A stretch of DNA of 63,536 bases, the filler included, from Saprolegnia diclina VS20 (taxonomy: Eukaryota), in assembly GCF_000281045.1 (NCBI RefSeq). It is 10 parts of 3 records of this genome, joined end to end, with 100 filler letters (N's around TTAATTAATTAA, not from the genome) between each part and the next. Parts side by side here need not be neighbours in the genome. Positions count along the whole stretch, not along the records: positions 40,459 to 56,187 come from NW_008246124.1; 9 more parts are not named here. The stretch is one strand, 5' to 3'. A model generated the notes under the pieces. That model searched no databases. It was not told the DNA's origin and worked only from the letters and a program-made list of their open reading frames with translations. The position numbers and the translations under genes are program-made. The stretch's first letter is position 1. Every line of letters starts with the position of its first letter. This document shows, piece after piece, positions 45,523 through 56,287 of this stretch.

Positions 45523-47385
45523 CTATCGATCGACGGCGATCGATGTGGCGCGGGCGAGCACGTTAACGCCTTCGTTGGTGATCTTGTCGCAATACCAAAG
45601 GTTGATGGACGTCAAGTTGGAGAGCGCTGTCAAATGCGCGATACCGACGTCGGTGAGGTCGCCGCACTCGGCCAAGTTGAGCGACTTGAGCGTCGAGATG
45701 CGGGCCAGCGCGGTCATTCCGTCGTCGTTGATGAGGCAGCAGTTGCCAACGTCGAGCGACTCGAGCGGCAACGTCTCCAGCGCCACGAGCGCATCGTTGG
45801 TCAAGAGGTTGCAGCTCGCGAGATCCAGTGACGTCAGGCGCTTGAGCGCGCTTAGGTGGGCAACGCCGGCGTCCGTGAGCAGGTGGCAGTACCACAGCAC
45901 AAGCGATTCGAGACTGGTGAGCCGTTGGCCCAGCACGGCAAGACTAGCGTCCGTGAGGTCCCGGCAGTTGGCCATGTTGAGCGAACTGAGCGACGACAAG
46001 GGCGCAAGATGCGCGACACCTGCGTCCGTGATACTGCTGCAGCGCATCAGATTGAGAGAAGTGAGCTGGGAGAGGTGGCCGATGCCCTCGAGCGCCTTGT
46101 CGCCCAGCTGTCGGCAGTTGCTCAGATCCAGCGTCTTCAGGGACGAGACCGACCGCAACGCGTAGACACCAGAGTCCGAGATACCACCGCATGCGCTCAA
46201 GTTGATGGACGACAGGCGCGGCAGCATCGCAAGAAGCGCGAGGCCGTCGTCAGTGATCTTGTCGCAGTTGCTGAGGTCGAGGGTTTGAAGCGAATGCAGC
46301 TTGGCAAGGACAGCCATGGACGCGTTCGTGAGCTGGATGCACTTCATCAGGTTCAAGTAAATGAGGTCGTGGCAGCCGCTAAGCGCCGTCACGGTCGCGT
46401 CGGTGATGTTGGAGCAGTACCACAGGTTGCAGGTCGTGAGCGCCGGCCACGATCGAAAGACAGACGTGCCGGCGTCCGTCACCGAGTAGCAGCCCGAGAG
46501 GTCGATCGACATCATCTTGCGCAGCGGCGTGAGGGCGTGGAGGCCAACGTCCGTCAATTCGCTGAGGTTGGCGAGCTCGAGCGACTCCAACTCGGTGCAC
46601 GCCGCGAGCTTGGCGAGTCCCGTATCCGAGAGCTGACTGCAGTTGGCAATGTTGAGGTGGCGCAAATGCAGAAACGACGACAGTGTCTCGAAAATCGCAT
46701 CGCTGAGCTGGCCTTGGAAGCAGTACCAGAGGTTGAGCCCCCGAAGCGTGGTGCGGAGTGGCGCGAGGGCGCTCACGGCGGCGTCATCCACGAGCTTGCA
46801 GCTCTTGAGGTCGAGCGTTGCGAGCGTCCCGTTGGCGGCGATCGCGCGAATACCGTCAACTGTCACCTTGCTGCAGTAGCCGAGGTTGAGATTGATGAGG
46901 CGAGGAAGGCATGCGAGCTGCATCAAGGTCGCGTCGGTGATGCGGTCACAGCCCTTGAGGTCGATCGTGTGCAGCTGCGAGAGGTGACACAAGCCGGAAA
47001 GGCCAGCGTCCGTGATCGTCGCGCAGCCTGTGAGCTGCAGCGTCGCAATGTGGCTGAACGTGGTGAGGAGCTGCGACGTGTGGAGGTCCGAGATGACCGC
47101 GCGGAACGGTACAATATCGACGGTGCGCGTGTACATGCGCATCTCCTGGCGAAGCACTTGGCACGTGGCGGCCAGTGCGACCCATTCGTCGAGGTAGCAG
47201 TAGTCGCCAAAGACGGGCAGCTGCATGACGACGAGCAGCGCCGCCACCGCGTCCGTCGAGGAAGAGGATCGGGCGATCTCGGAGCGACGGGGCGATGGCT
47301 TGGACGGACTGGGCGGCATGGCCCAGTGCTTGTCGGCCGAGCGCGCCGCCGCGAGGTCCGTAAGGGCAGCGTGCTTGAGGCTCAT
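45523..47385 (-). CDS. F-box/LRR (FBXL14-like, Cys-containing LRR) protein, about 620 aa
   Basis: About 20 repeats of L..LNL..C..[IL]TD.G, plus a degenerate F-box-like segment (VFGDYC...ALAATCQVLR). Confidence 0.9.
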   Translation of the reverse strand: MSLKHAALTDLAAARSADKHWAMPPSPSKPSPRRSEIARSSSSTDAVAALLVVMQLPVFGDYCYLDEWVALAATCQVLRQEMRMYTRTVDIVPFRAVISDLHTSQLLTTFSHIATLQLTGCATITDAGLSGLCHLSQLHTIDLKGCDRITDATLMQLACLPRLINLNLGYCSKVTVDGIRAIAANGTLATLDLKSCKLVDDAAVSALAPLRTTLRGLNLWYCFQGQLSDAIFETLSSFLHLRHLNIANCSQLSDTGLAKLAACTELESLELANLSELTDVGLHALTPLRKMMSIDLSGCYSVTDAGTSVFRSWPALTTCNLWYCSNITDATVTALSGCHDLIYLNLMKCIQLTNASMAVLAKLHSLQTLDLSNCDKITDDGLALLAMLPRLSSINLSACGGISDSGVYALRSVSSLKTLDLSNCRQLGDKALEGIGHLSQLTSLNLMRCSSITDAGVAHLAPLSSLSSLNMANCRDLTDASLAVLGQRLTSLESLVLWYCHLLTDAGVAHLSALKRLTSLDLASCNLLTNDALVALETLPLESLDVGNCCLINDDGMTALARISTLKSLNLAECGDLTDVGIAHLTALSNLTSINLWYCDKITNEGVNVLARATSIAVDR

Positions 47386-48456
47386 CGTCGCTCCGACTGA
47401 TCTGCTTCGATTGTGACACCGCGACGGAGAAGCAAGCGAGCGCGACCATCCTGCGGCCGCTTGGATACTTCGTCCACGACTGGCATAGAGCGTCTTCGAA
47501 CTTCGCACGCGACGTCGTTCCGCCAAGATAAAGCCTGCCACGTACCCTGACTCTGCACTTCGAACTACGAGTGAGTCACGGTTATCAAGCGGTGGCTGGC
47601 GCCGAACGGTTCTTTAACCGGTTAGTGCAACCACGGGCTCCAACAGCTGCACCGGTTCAGATCGGCGGTGCATCCGATCGCATCCGGATACTGGAAGATT
47701 CCAAGCATAGGATCCAGTGGGCAATGAGCGCGATCAAGCTCGAGTGCCCGTACTAGTAGCAGTACTGGCACGAACTTGTTGAATGTTGCTGCAGTGACAA
47801 GCGGGTTCTGCGCAAACACCGCATTGAACAGTTCAAAGGAGGAGTGCAAATCAGCAAAGAACTCGGTATCCAACACTGCAGGTTGGTTTGAGTTCTTGTG
47901 CGAGCGCCGAGGTGACGGGTCCAACGACGACGGTGGCCACGTAGCCAAAGCCGTTTCGACGTAGACTAGGAATGTAACGGCCTAGAAACTGCCGCGGACG
48001 CTGACGCATCATGACATGCTAACAGCATTCGTGTTTATACACCGTGTTGGCGTGGTGCTATGGCGCCAAATGGCTGGAAACTGCCATGACAGAGCGCCCA
48101 TACGTCGCGCGTACGAGTCGACTGCGAGTGGTCGTCGACACGCCAGTGCGGACAGACAGTCCCCGCGCGTCTATCCTGCGTGACGCCAGGGCGTCGTGGT
48201 TGCAACGCCAAAGATTTAGCTCGTTGCGAGCAAAAAAGTGGTGTATGCCGGCAAGACTGCTCGACATAGACTACGTTTCAGGGACATCGGCTTCACAAAC
48301 AACGTATCGAGCAAGAGTCCTAGCTGCCCACTTACCGCACCCGAAGTTGGCGCGGTTCGACCCTTCATGAACCCAAGGAACGAGCCAATCACACTCAACC
48401 AAGCAGATGTTGACGCAAAAGCGATCGCTCGCCAGCCGAGCTGCGAGCAGAATCCC

Positions 48457-50556
48457 ATGGCCACCGAGTCGACGGCGCTCTTGGCGCCGCATGCGATCGC
48501 GTACCGCCCCGACATTGACGGCCTCCGGTGCGTGGCCGTGCTGCCCGTCGTGCTCTATCACGCGTACCCGACGCTCCTGCCAGGTGGCTTTACAGGCGTC
48601 GACGTCTTCTTTGTCATTTCCGGCTTTCTCATCTCGAGCATTCTCTTCAAAGACTTTGCGAGCGGCAAATTCAGCTACGAAACGTTCTACGTCCGCCGCG
48701 TCCGCCGCATCTTTCCAAGCTTGCTCCTCGTCATGGCCGTCGTGCTGAGCCTAAGCGTCGCCTGGTACCTCGCGCCGGCGCTCCGCGACATGGCCGAGAC
48801 GCTGTACGCCGGCGCGATCTTTGGCGCCAACATCCAAGTGCTCTCGCGGAACCAAGGCTACTTTGACGCAAGTACCAAGGAAAATCCGCTCTTGCATCTC
48901 TGGTCGCTCGGCGTCGAAGAGCAGTTTTATATGGTCTGGCCAATCGTCGCGGCGTCGATTGTGGCGCTGCCACGTACGTCTGCGCTCGCACTGCAGATCG
49001 TATTGGTCGTCGGCAGCTTCCTTTTGAACGTCGGCCTCTTGCACGCCGAGCACCCGTGGTCGTTCTACTTTCCGCTCTGCCGGTTTTGGCAAATGGCCAC
49101 CGGCGGTCTCGTCGCGTTCGTTCAGCGCCAGAAAGGTTTCGAAACAAGGTCTCCTGACATGCTCTCTGTCCTTGGCGCAGGGTTGCTGCTCGTCGGCTAC
49201 GCGTTTCTAAACGAAGCAAGTCCCTTCCCGGGGGTCTATGCTCTCTTGCCGACGCTTGGCGCGGCCTGTCTCATCGTCGCCGGCCCGTTGGCGCTCGTCA
49301 ATGCGCAAATCCTCCATCAAGCGCCGATTATCTTTGTCGGCAAGATCAGCTACGCCTTATACCTCTGGCACTGGCCGCTCCTCGTCTTTGCCAAAGCCCG
49401 CTACTCGGACGATGCGTACCGTCCGTTCTACATGCAGCCGCATGTTCTACTGTTGCTTGCGTTTGGTCTGAGCGTCGCGACCACGTTCGGCATCGAGAAC
49501 GTCGTGCGCCGGCACCCATCACCTCGCATTGTACCGCTGCTCGCACTCGGTATGGTTCTCATGGCTGTCCTCGGGCTTGTCGTGTCCTTGTACCCAGCCT
49601 TCTTTTCGGGCCCAGCCCGCCTCGCTGCGACAGCACCGGTTGCCACAGCGACGTCCTTCGTCACATTGGACGACGACGGGCAGCCCAACATTAGTCGCAT
49701 GCCACGGCGTGAGCCCCCGACGGTCGCCAAGCTCCTCGCTGCTGACAGCGACTGGGCCCCCAATGACGGCTATATCCCGCTATCGCCAGGATCGCCGTTT
49801 GGACCGTATGACTATGGCTGGGTGCTCAACCCAGGCGATGACGACAACCTCGTCATGGTTCTCGGGGACTCGCACGCCGAGATGCTTCGTCCGCGCTTCA
49901 AGTTTCTTTACGACCAAGCGCGGCGCGTGGGAAAGCCGTTTCCGACGGTGGTGTTTTTGGCGCTGGGTGGCCACCCGCCGCTGGACTGCGTCGGCGACCA
50001 CGCTGGTCATGTGGCGATCGTGACCCGTCTCCGGCCCAAGGCACTGCTCTACTCGAGCGACTGGCCGCAGTTCTTTCGACCAACTGGCGAGGCGCCGCAC
50101 GACGTGCCACGTTGCTGCGCCGCGGGATATCGAGACGACTGCGCCTACCAGAGCTGGGGCGACGTAAGGACGCTGCTCCGAGCCTTTCAAGACGAAATGA
50201 CCCGCTTCCAGGACCTGGGCACCCACGTATTTGCGTCCAGCTTGAACCCCGAAGGCCGTCGCTTCCACTACCGCAACATGCTCCAGGGCGGTGACGTCCG
50301 AGCGATCGCCCCCGTCCGGCTCTCGGCGTACCGCCACCAGCATTCCCGACTGGTGTCGCTCCTCGAAGGCGCGATTCGTGGCGCAAACGCGACGATCGTC
50401 GACTATGCACGCAATCAGTGCTACAACGACGTGTGCGAAGTTGTGTCGACGGCCCGCGGCGAGCCGATTCTCAAGGACAACGACCACTACCGACCGTACT
50501 ACGCCAAGTACTACCTCAGCGTGCTGGATCAAGTCGTCGATGCAGTCTACAACTAG
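48457..50556 (+). CDS. Acyltransferase-3 plus SGNH fusion (OafA/OatA-like O-acetyltransferase), 699 aa
   Basis: YRPDIDGLR, GVDVFFVISGFLI, HLWSLGVEEQFY and GKISYALYLWHWP; SGNH motifs LGDSHA and DNDH (DxxH); intronless. Confidence 0.93.
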   Translation: MATESTALLAPHAIAYRPDIDGLRCVAVLPVVLYHAYPTLLPGGFTGVDVFFVISGFLISSILFKDFASGKFSYETFYVRRVRRIFPSLLLVMAVVLSLSVAWYLAPALRDMAETLYAGAIFGANIQVLSRNQGYFDASTKENPLLHLWSLGVEEQFYMVWPIVAASIVALPRTSALALQIVLVVGSFLLNVGLLHAEHPWSFYFPLCRFWQMATGGLVAFVQRQKGFETRSPDMLSVLGAGLLLVGYAFLNEASPFPGVYALLPTLGAACLIVAGPLALVNAQILHQAPIIFVGKISYALYLWHWPLLVFAKARYSDDAYRPFYMQPHVLLLLAFGLSVATTFGIENVVRRHPSPRIVPLLALGMVLMAVLGLVVSLYPAFFSGPARLAATAPVATATSFVTLDDDGQPNISRMPRREPPTVAKLLAADSDWAPNDGYIPLSPGSPFGPYDYGWVLNPGDDDNLVMVLGDSHAEMLRPRFKFLYDQARRVGKPFPTVVFLALGGHPPLDCVGDHAGHVAIVTRLRPKALLYSSDWPQFFRPTGEAPHDVPRCCAAGYRDDCAYQSWGDVRTLLRAFQDEMTRFQDLGTHVFASSLNPEGRRFHYRNMLQGGDVRAIAPVRLSAYRHQHSRLVSLLEGAIRGANATIVDYARNQCYNDVCEVVSTARGEPILKDNDHYRPYYAKYYLSVLDQVVDAVYN

Positions 50557-50750
50557 AATCGAATTGCTAGTTGTCATTCCTTCCACGGCGACTGCGACTT
50601 TTCGTCCGAGTCTCTATTGTGCGATGTCTTTCCCGCTTGCAAGCAGAGTACATGCGTTGACAAGACAGTTTGTCCAGTTTGAACGACAAGGGCGGAGATA
50701 TACTCGCTCTTACGTCTGTGGAGAGGGACATATGAGACACTAACGGCCAT

Positions 50751-50983
50751 CTACTTGATGAGCGGGAGGGCGCGGGCGAGGTGCGGCGCCGACGGGTGCG
50801 ACGCTGTGGCAGCTCGAAGGTCACTGCGATGCAGCACGAGCGTGCGCCACGTTTTGATGTCAAAGACATGAAGGTCGCCTTTGTACGAGCAGACAAGGAG
50901 GCCGGTCAAAGCTGCGGACGCAAAGTCAATGTAGTAGACGCGGTCGTGGACCCAACCTTTTCTCTCAAAGAGGTACTTGGCAT
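50751..50983 (-). pseudogene. Terminal remnant of a large membrane-protein gene
   Basis: AKYLFERKGWVHDRVYYIDF...ALPLIK* is fused directly to a non-coding segment matching 38439-38514. Confidence 0.75.
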
Positions 50984-51729
50984 CTCATAGCCCTCCGCCA
51001 CAACCTTCAGTCGCCTAATCACCCTGTCGGGTCCAGGCACTTGTTGCTACCGGATGGATCCAGACAAGGATTCCGAGGCGCGCTCGAACGGTTCCGTTGG
51101 CATGACACTCGTCTTGTCTTGGGATCCGAGTCCAGGAGCCTACCAGAGCTGACGAGAGCTATCACTTGGCGAATAGGGCCACCATCGGCACGCAGATCGT
51201 CGCCAACGACCAAGTGCCAACTCTGGCTTGCTCGTTTCTCAAACATTTAACTGCAACGATACAAAGCGACAAATGCGTCGGGTGCCATAGCTCGAGCCCT
51301 GCAAAAGGAAGGCGTCCAAAACGTGTATACGGAATGTATACGCATTTCAAAATCTGCATTTCGATGGCCATTTGGATGACGACCGTCGACAAGCAGCAGC
51401 TGGCCGAAAGATCCGCACTCTAGCCCACCCTTACAAAAGCCTGACGCGATCCAAAATACTCGGCTGCATCGCATTGATCTTTCGTGTCAAGTACATATAC
51501 AAGGGAATATGCTAGAGACTTGGCGCGCGACTCGAATTTGCTCGCCAATGCCCATGTAAAACACCGGCCCGCCAAATGCGCCATCGAAACCGACTGGCTT
51601 TTCCACCGTAAATCTGCTCCAAATTGACGTCTCCGTACATTTATAGTCGGCAAATCTTGATGTCTCTGGCTCGAGTTCTGCCTCTAAAGTTGTTGGCGCA
51701 GTGTCATTTCCCAACTTTGGACTTCACGC

Positions 51730-51885
51730 ATGCGCCGCCTCCTTTGCCTAGTTGCTGCGCTCGTCGCTTCGGGCCGTGCGTCGTACATTGACGGCCGTGA
51801 AATTCTCGCAGCTTGGCAGCACCCTTGGCGCAGTACCTTTACGCTTCACGAAGGTCGTCAGCACCGGCGCCTACGTCAAGACTAA
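51730..51885 (+). CDS. Possible small secreted peptide (51 aa) or gene remnant
   Basis: MRRLLCLVAALVASGRA signal-like N-terminus, with an Inr-FPR-like TCATTTCCCAACTTT at 51704-51718. Confidence 0.35.
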   Translation: MRRLLCLVAALVASGRASYIDGREILAAWQHPWRSTFTLHEGRQHRRLRQD

Positions 51886-52111
51886 GCGCCTTCCTGCAAC
51901 CCGTGCATCATCGGCTTGCTTCGCTGCTCGTCCGCGCCGTTTGCCTTTCTGATCTGCCGGTCTATTCCCTTAAATCAACGTTGTGCTCTATGTACGTAAG
52001 GATTGCGCAATCGGCCAATCGTACAAAAGAAGAGAAGTTCCCTCATTTCAGCAGTTGAAGTTTGGTTGCCCTACAGGTCGACATGACACGGTTGTGATTT
52101 GCAGGATGTCC

Positions 52112-52127
52112 TCAGTTTGCACTTTGC
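52112..52127 (+). promoter_or_regulatory. Inr-FPR-like core promoter
   Basis: TCAGTTTGCACTTTGC ends 15 bp before the ATG at 52142. Confidence 0.55.
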
Positions 52128-52141
52128 AGCATTGCGCAACG

Positions 52142-53563
52142 ATGGCCAGTAGCAAGGTACGCGACGTGCTCATCGTCGGCGGCGGCGTCATGGGCTGCTC
52201 GACCGCCTACCACTTGGCCGCCAAGGCCACCGGCTCGCTGCGCATCACGGTCCTCGAGCGGAGTTTTGCGGTACGTCGCGCACAGTGCATCTCTACTTCT
52301 GCTCACGCTTCCATAGTACAAGCGCACGTCGGCCGTGCTCTCGGCCGGTGGCATCCGCATGCAGTTTTCGGAAAAACCCAACATTGAGATGAGCCAATAC
52401 GGCCTCTCATTCTTACGCAACGCGCCCGAGACGCTCGCCGTGCCCGGCCACGACCCGGTCGACGTCAACTTTGTGGAGAACGGGTACCTCTTTCTCGCGA
52501 CCGAGAAGGGCCGGTCGACGTTGGCCAACAACCACGCAGTCCAGCGGTGCGTCCCTTCTTCGTGGACTGTGGTGCTCAGGCGCGGTACTCTAGATCGGTG
52601 GGCGCGCCCGTCGAACTCTTCACGCCCGAGAAGCTCTCGCAGCGCTTTCCGTGGCTCGAGACGGCCGACGTTGTTGCTGGTGCGCTCGGCGTCCGCGACG
52701 AAGGCTGGTTTGATCCCTGGGCGTACCTCACGGGGCTCAAGCGCAAGTGTGCGCACCTCGGTGTCGAGTTTATCGAAGGCGAACTCGACGGCCCGATGAC
52801 GGTGGCCAACGACACGATCGAGCGCGTCAACATCCAGACCACATGTGGTGACACTCTTAGCGTCACGCCCGGTCACGTGGTCAATGCCGGTGGCGCGTGG
52901 GCGCAATGGACCGCGTCGGCCGCCGGCGTCAACGATTTGCCCGTCCGCGCGAGGTACACCAATATTGTCTTCTCCTCGTCTCAAACTCAATTGTGCCAGA
53001 AAACGCACCATTTTTGTGTTTCAGTGCCCCGAAGCCGCTAAATGGACGGGTGACGCGTGCTCGCCGCTCGTCGTGGACCCGTCCGGCGTCTACTTTCGTC
53101 CAGAAGGCTGCTCGGGGCAGTTCATCTGCGGTGTCTCGCCCGATGCGGACAGCGACCCGGACTGCGAGAGCGACGACTTGCTCCAACCCGACTATGACCT
53201 CTTTGACGATGTCATTTGGCCCACGATCGCCAACCGCGTGCCAGCGTTCGAGGCCATCAAGATGGTCAACGCCTGGGCGGGGTTCTACGACTACAACACG
53301 TTCGACCACGTATGCGTCTCGACCCTTTATCGTAGCGACTCATGCTTCATGCGTAGAACGCTATCATTGGCAAGCACCCGGACCGCAAGAACCTCTACTG
53401 CATCAACGGGTTTAGCGGCCACGGCTTGCAGCAGTCGCCGGCGGCCGGGCGCGGCGTCGCCGAACTCATCCTCGACGGCGGCTACACGAGTCTGGACCTC
53501 TCGTGCTTTGGCTTGGAGCGCGTCCGCGCCAACCAGCCGTTTTTCGAAAAAAACATTGTGTAG
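52142..53563 (+). CDS. FOXRED1: FAD-dependent oxidoreductase FOXRED1-like, 5 exons
   Basis: DVLIVGGGVMGCSTAY, LSAGGIRMQFS, EGWFDPW, WAGFYDYNTFD, GFSGHGLQQSPAAGR and EKNIV*. Confidence 0.9.
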
Positions 53564-53773
53564 TGCGTCTCGACTAGACTAGATGAGAGCCTCGCATTCG
53601 GCCACCGCTTGCCGCTATGCTAGCCTGTAATTGGAATGATTAGACGTAATTCGTGTGAAAGTTACCTTGCTATCGTGGGCAGTCGGGCGTTGAAGGGTTA
53701 TCTCCACCGGAGAGGGCTAGGGTGGGGGTAGGGTAACACCGGCCCGGCTCAAAATAGCCCCTCGACAACGATT

Positions 53774-54348
53774 ATGACGCGCGACCAAGCCAACGACCGC
53801 AAGCACGATGCGTTTGGTGACGGTACGCCGTGCGACGGCGCCGAGACGAGCCTCGACAGCCTTGAGGCGGGCGACCTCGCGGCGTTCGAGTCGACGGTGG
53901 CGCTCCGGAGTCAGCAGCGTCGAAAAATTGACTTCAATCCGTCCGAAGGCGACGTGCACGACCGGGAGCGCGGTCGGCCGTGGCGCGTGGCCATCAACGC
54001 CAAAATCGCAGCGGCCAACGAGCGCGCGCAGGAAGAGCAGTGGGAAAAGCGGCGGTTCGGGCTTGCCAAGCAGGTAGGTTTCCTGATTCAAAGTTAAATT
54101 GTGAGTTATGGACATAGGTGCACGAAGGCCTTCTTCACAACTACAACATTTACGTGGGTATTTCCGAAGTGAGCAATGTACTCAAGGTCGGCCAGGACCA
54201 GCGCCGGCGGGAAACCCAAGGCGACGTCGTCGAGAACAAGGACATTGCTGCGTCCGCGATCCTTGTCGCGGCCGAAAAGTACGACCTCGCTCGCATTGCA
54301 GTCTTGCTCGACAAGGTGCCCAAGAAACTTGGTGATGGGACAAAATAG
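53774..54348 (+). CDS. Hypothetical protein, 2 exons
   Basis: Two coding-biased exons are joined in frame by a 44-bp GT-AG intron at 54074-54117. Confidence 0.7.
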
Positions 54349-54459
54349 CATATCGAGTGCATGATATATCAGCTTGTTTCTGCTTATTTCAGCGAGTACT
54401 CATATTGAAGATTGGGCTTGGAATATGTTGCACATTTTAGCTCTACTAGTTGCCGAGTC

Positions 54460-56187
54460 TTATTCGACGAGCGGGAGGGCGCGCCGCAGACGATATGCCG
54501 ATGGATGCAATGACGTCGCCTCGTCAATCGCTGCTTGCGTTAACACGAGCGTGCGCCACGTCTTGATGTCAAACACGTAGAGGTCACTCTTGTTGCGGCA
54601 GGCGAGGAGACCGGTCAAAGCTGCGGACGCAAAATCGATGAAGTAAATGCGGTCGTGGACCCAACCTTTTCTCTCAAAGAGGTACTTGGCACTGCACGAG
54701 AGGAGGTGCGAGTCGCGCTCGTCGAGGGGCACACGGGGACGTCGGAGTCTCACAATTGTAAACAGTAGCGTCGAACCGCCCAGTGCGATCCCAACCAGAA
54801 GACAAAAGCGACTGAAGGAGCCAATGGCGACGACGCCGCTGTGGCACACCAACTCAAAGTCCATTTCAACTAGCGTACATGATCGCTGGATCGTGGCGCT
54901 GTGCGAGACGGGACTCGTAAAGCTGAGGGCAGCAACAATGAACCACGTGAGGATGGACGCCTTGAACGCGTACGCAGCACTGAGCTCTTGAGTCAGTGGC
55001 ATGCAAATGTCATCAAAGATGTAGACGAGCCAGCCGACTTCGCCGGCCGCGAGGATCTGCGTCACAATGACAACTGCCTCCGAGACATCGCCACGGGATG
55101 ATGTCAAGACAGTTGTGATCCCATTCTTCTTTAGTTGGAGCGTCGCTGTGCTCAGAATACACAGCGCGGTGAAGCTGCGCGCCAAAAGCAGCGGCCGGCC
55201 GACCCAGACCATGCCACCGACGCGGTTGACCTTGAAGAGGTTGGAGCCTTCGCTCAAGCTTCCATCCAAAAGTGCGTATAATGCGGTGACAGAAGCGAGG
55301 GCCACGAGCACGAATGAAATGTACTGACAAAGGCCCCGCAGATACGCAGCAACGTTGCGCGGTACCTCGATGCTACTTGCTGCAAACGACGCCGCAAATG
55401 ACACTGTCGAGAGGAATGCCACAGTACTAGCGTCGCCGTCAACCCGAATGGCCTCTCGCCCACCGACGACCCAGTCGTAGGCAAGCGCATAGCTCGTGTA
55501 CTTCATGGTCGCATCGAACGGATCAAAAAGTCGCTGATGGAAGATCTCTACGCCGTTGGTCGGTACGTGCCGAGCGTATTGCGTGATGCCAACCGAGGTG
55601 GCCATGACGTCGGCCTCGATGGCCATTGCTCGCGATCGGTACGCTTGGAGAGTGCTCGTCGCAACATATTTCGATACAAAACGCGACACGCTATCGAGAA
55701 AAGCCAGACACAGAGTTGGCACCACCGCTTCGGCCGCACATGCTACCGGAATCAACGTCGTCGGGTCGAGTGGGATCCCAGCGCCAAAGACGCTAAAGAT
55801 GGCTTGCATCGGAGAGACCGAGACCCACTCGTTGAAGCTCGAGTAACATGCCGCGTCGGCGCCACCAAACTGCCAGAGACCGTACGAAAAGTTGAAGTCC
55901 CGAGGCACTTGGCCGCAGAATATGTTGCCGCTCGCGCAGAGGTACATGTTTCGATCGAGGCGGCGTGGGACGGGACTCATCGAGCTCATCAAAATGAGGT
56001 TGGCGTAATCTTCTTGAGCGTTCGAGCTCGTATTGGCGAGTATGACACCGAGCGCTTCACGGATATCGCGCACCAGCATCGCAAGCGACGGCGGATATTG
56101 CACGTGGTACATGTCCACCGCACCAAACGGGCCAATTGATTCGCTGAAAGCGCGTAGGGCCCCATCGAGTGGCGACTGCAATGTCGA
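54460..56187 (-). CDS. Large membrane-protein family paralog, 3' part (5' end in gap)
   Basis: Collinear with, but diverged from, the 41045-45208 copies (GPFGAVDMY, GGMVWVGRPLL, FDIKTWR). Confidence 0.88.
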   Translation of the reverse strand, partial: STLQSPLDGALRAFSESIGPFGAVDMYHVQYPPSLAMLVRDIREALGVILANTSSNAQEDYANLILMSSMSPVPRRLDRNMYLCASGNIFCGQVPRDFNFSYGLWQFGGADAACYSSFNEWVSVSPMQAIFSVFGAGIPLDPTTLIPVACAAEAVVPTLCLAFLDSVSRFVSKYVATSTLQAYRSRAMAIEADVMATSVGITQYARHVPTNGVEIFHQRLFDPFDATMKYTSYALAYDWVVGGREAIRVDGDASTVAFLSTVSFAASFAASSIEVPRNVAAYLRGLCQYISFVLVALASVTALYALLDGSLSEGSNLFKVNRVGGMVWVGRPLLLARSFTALCILSTATLQLKKNGITTVLTSSRGDVSEAVVIVTQILAAGEVGWLVYIFDDICMPLTQELSAAYAFKASILTWFIVAALSFTSPVSHSATIQRSCTLVEMDFELVCHSGVVAIGSFSRFCLLVGIALGGSTLLFTIVRLRRPRVPLDERDSHLLSCSAKYLFERKGWVHDRIYFIDFASAALTGLLACRNKSDLYVFDIKTWRTLVLTQAAIDEATSLHPSAYRLRRALPLVE

Positions 56188-56287
56188 NNNNNNNNNNNNN
56201 NNNNNNNNNNNNNNNNNNNNNNNNNNNNNNNTTAATTAATTAANNNNNNNNNNNNNNNNNNNNNNNNNNNNNNNNNNNNNNNNNNNN

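Noticed and set aside
47622..47948. 108-aa minus-strand ORF between the LRR and acyltransferase genes
   Set aside because: No recognisable domain and weak codon bias; cannot be supported as a gene.
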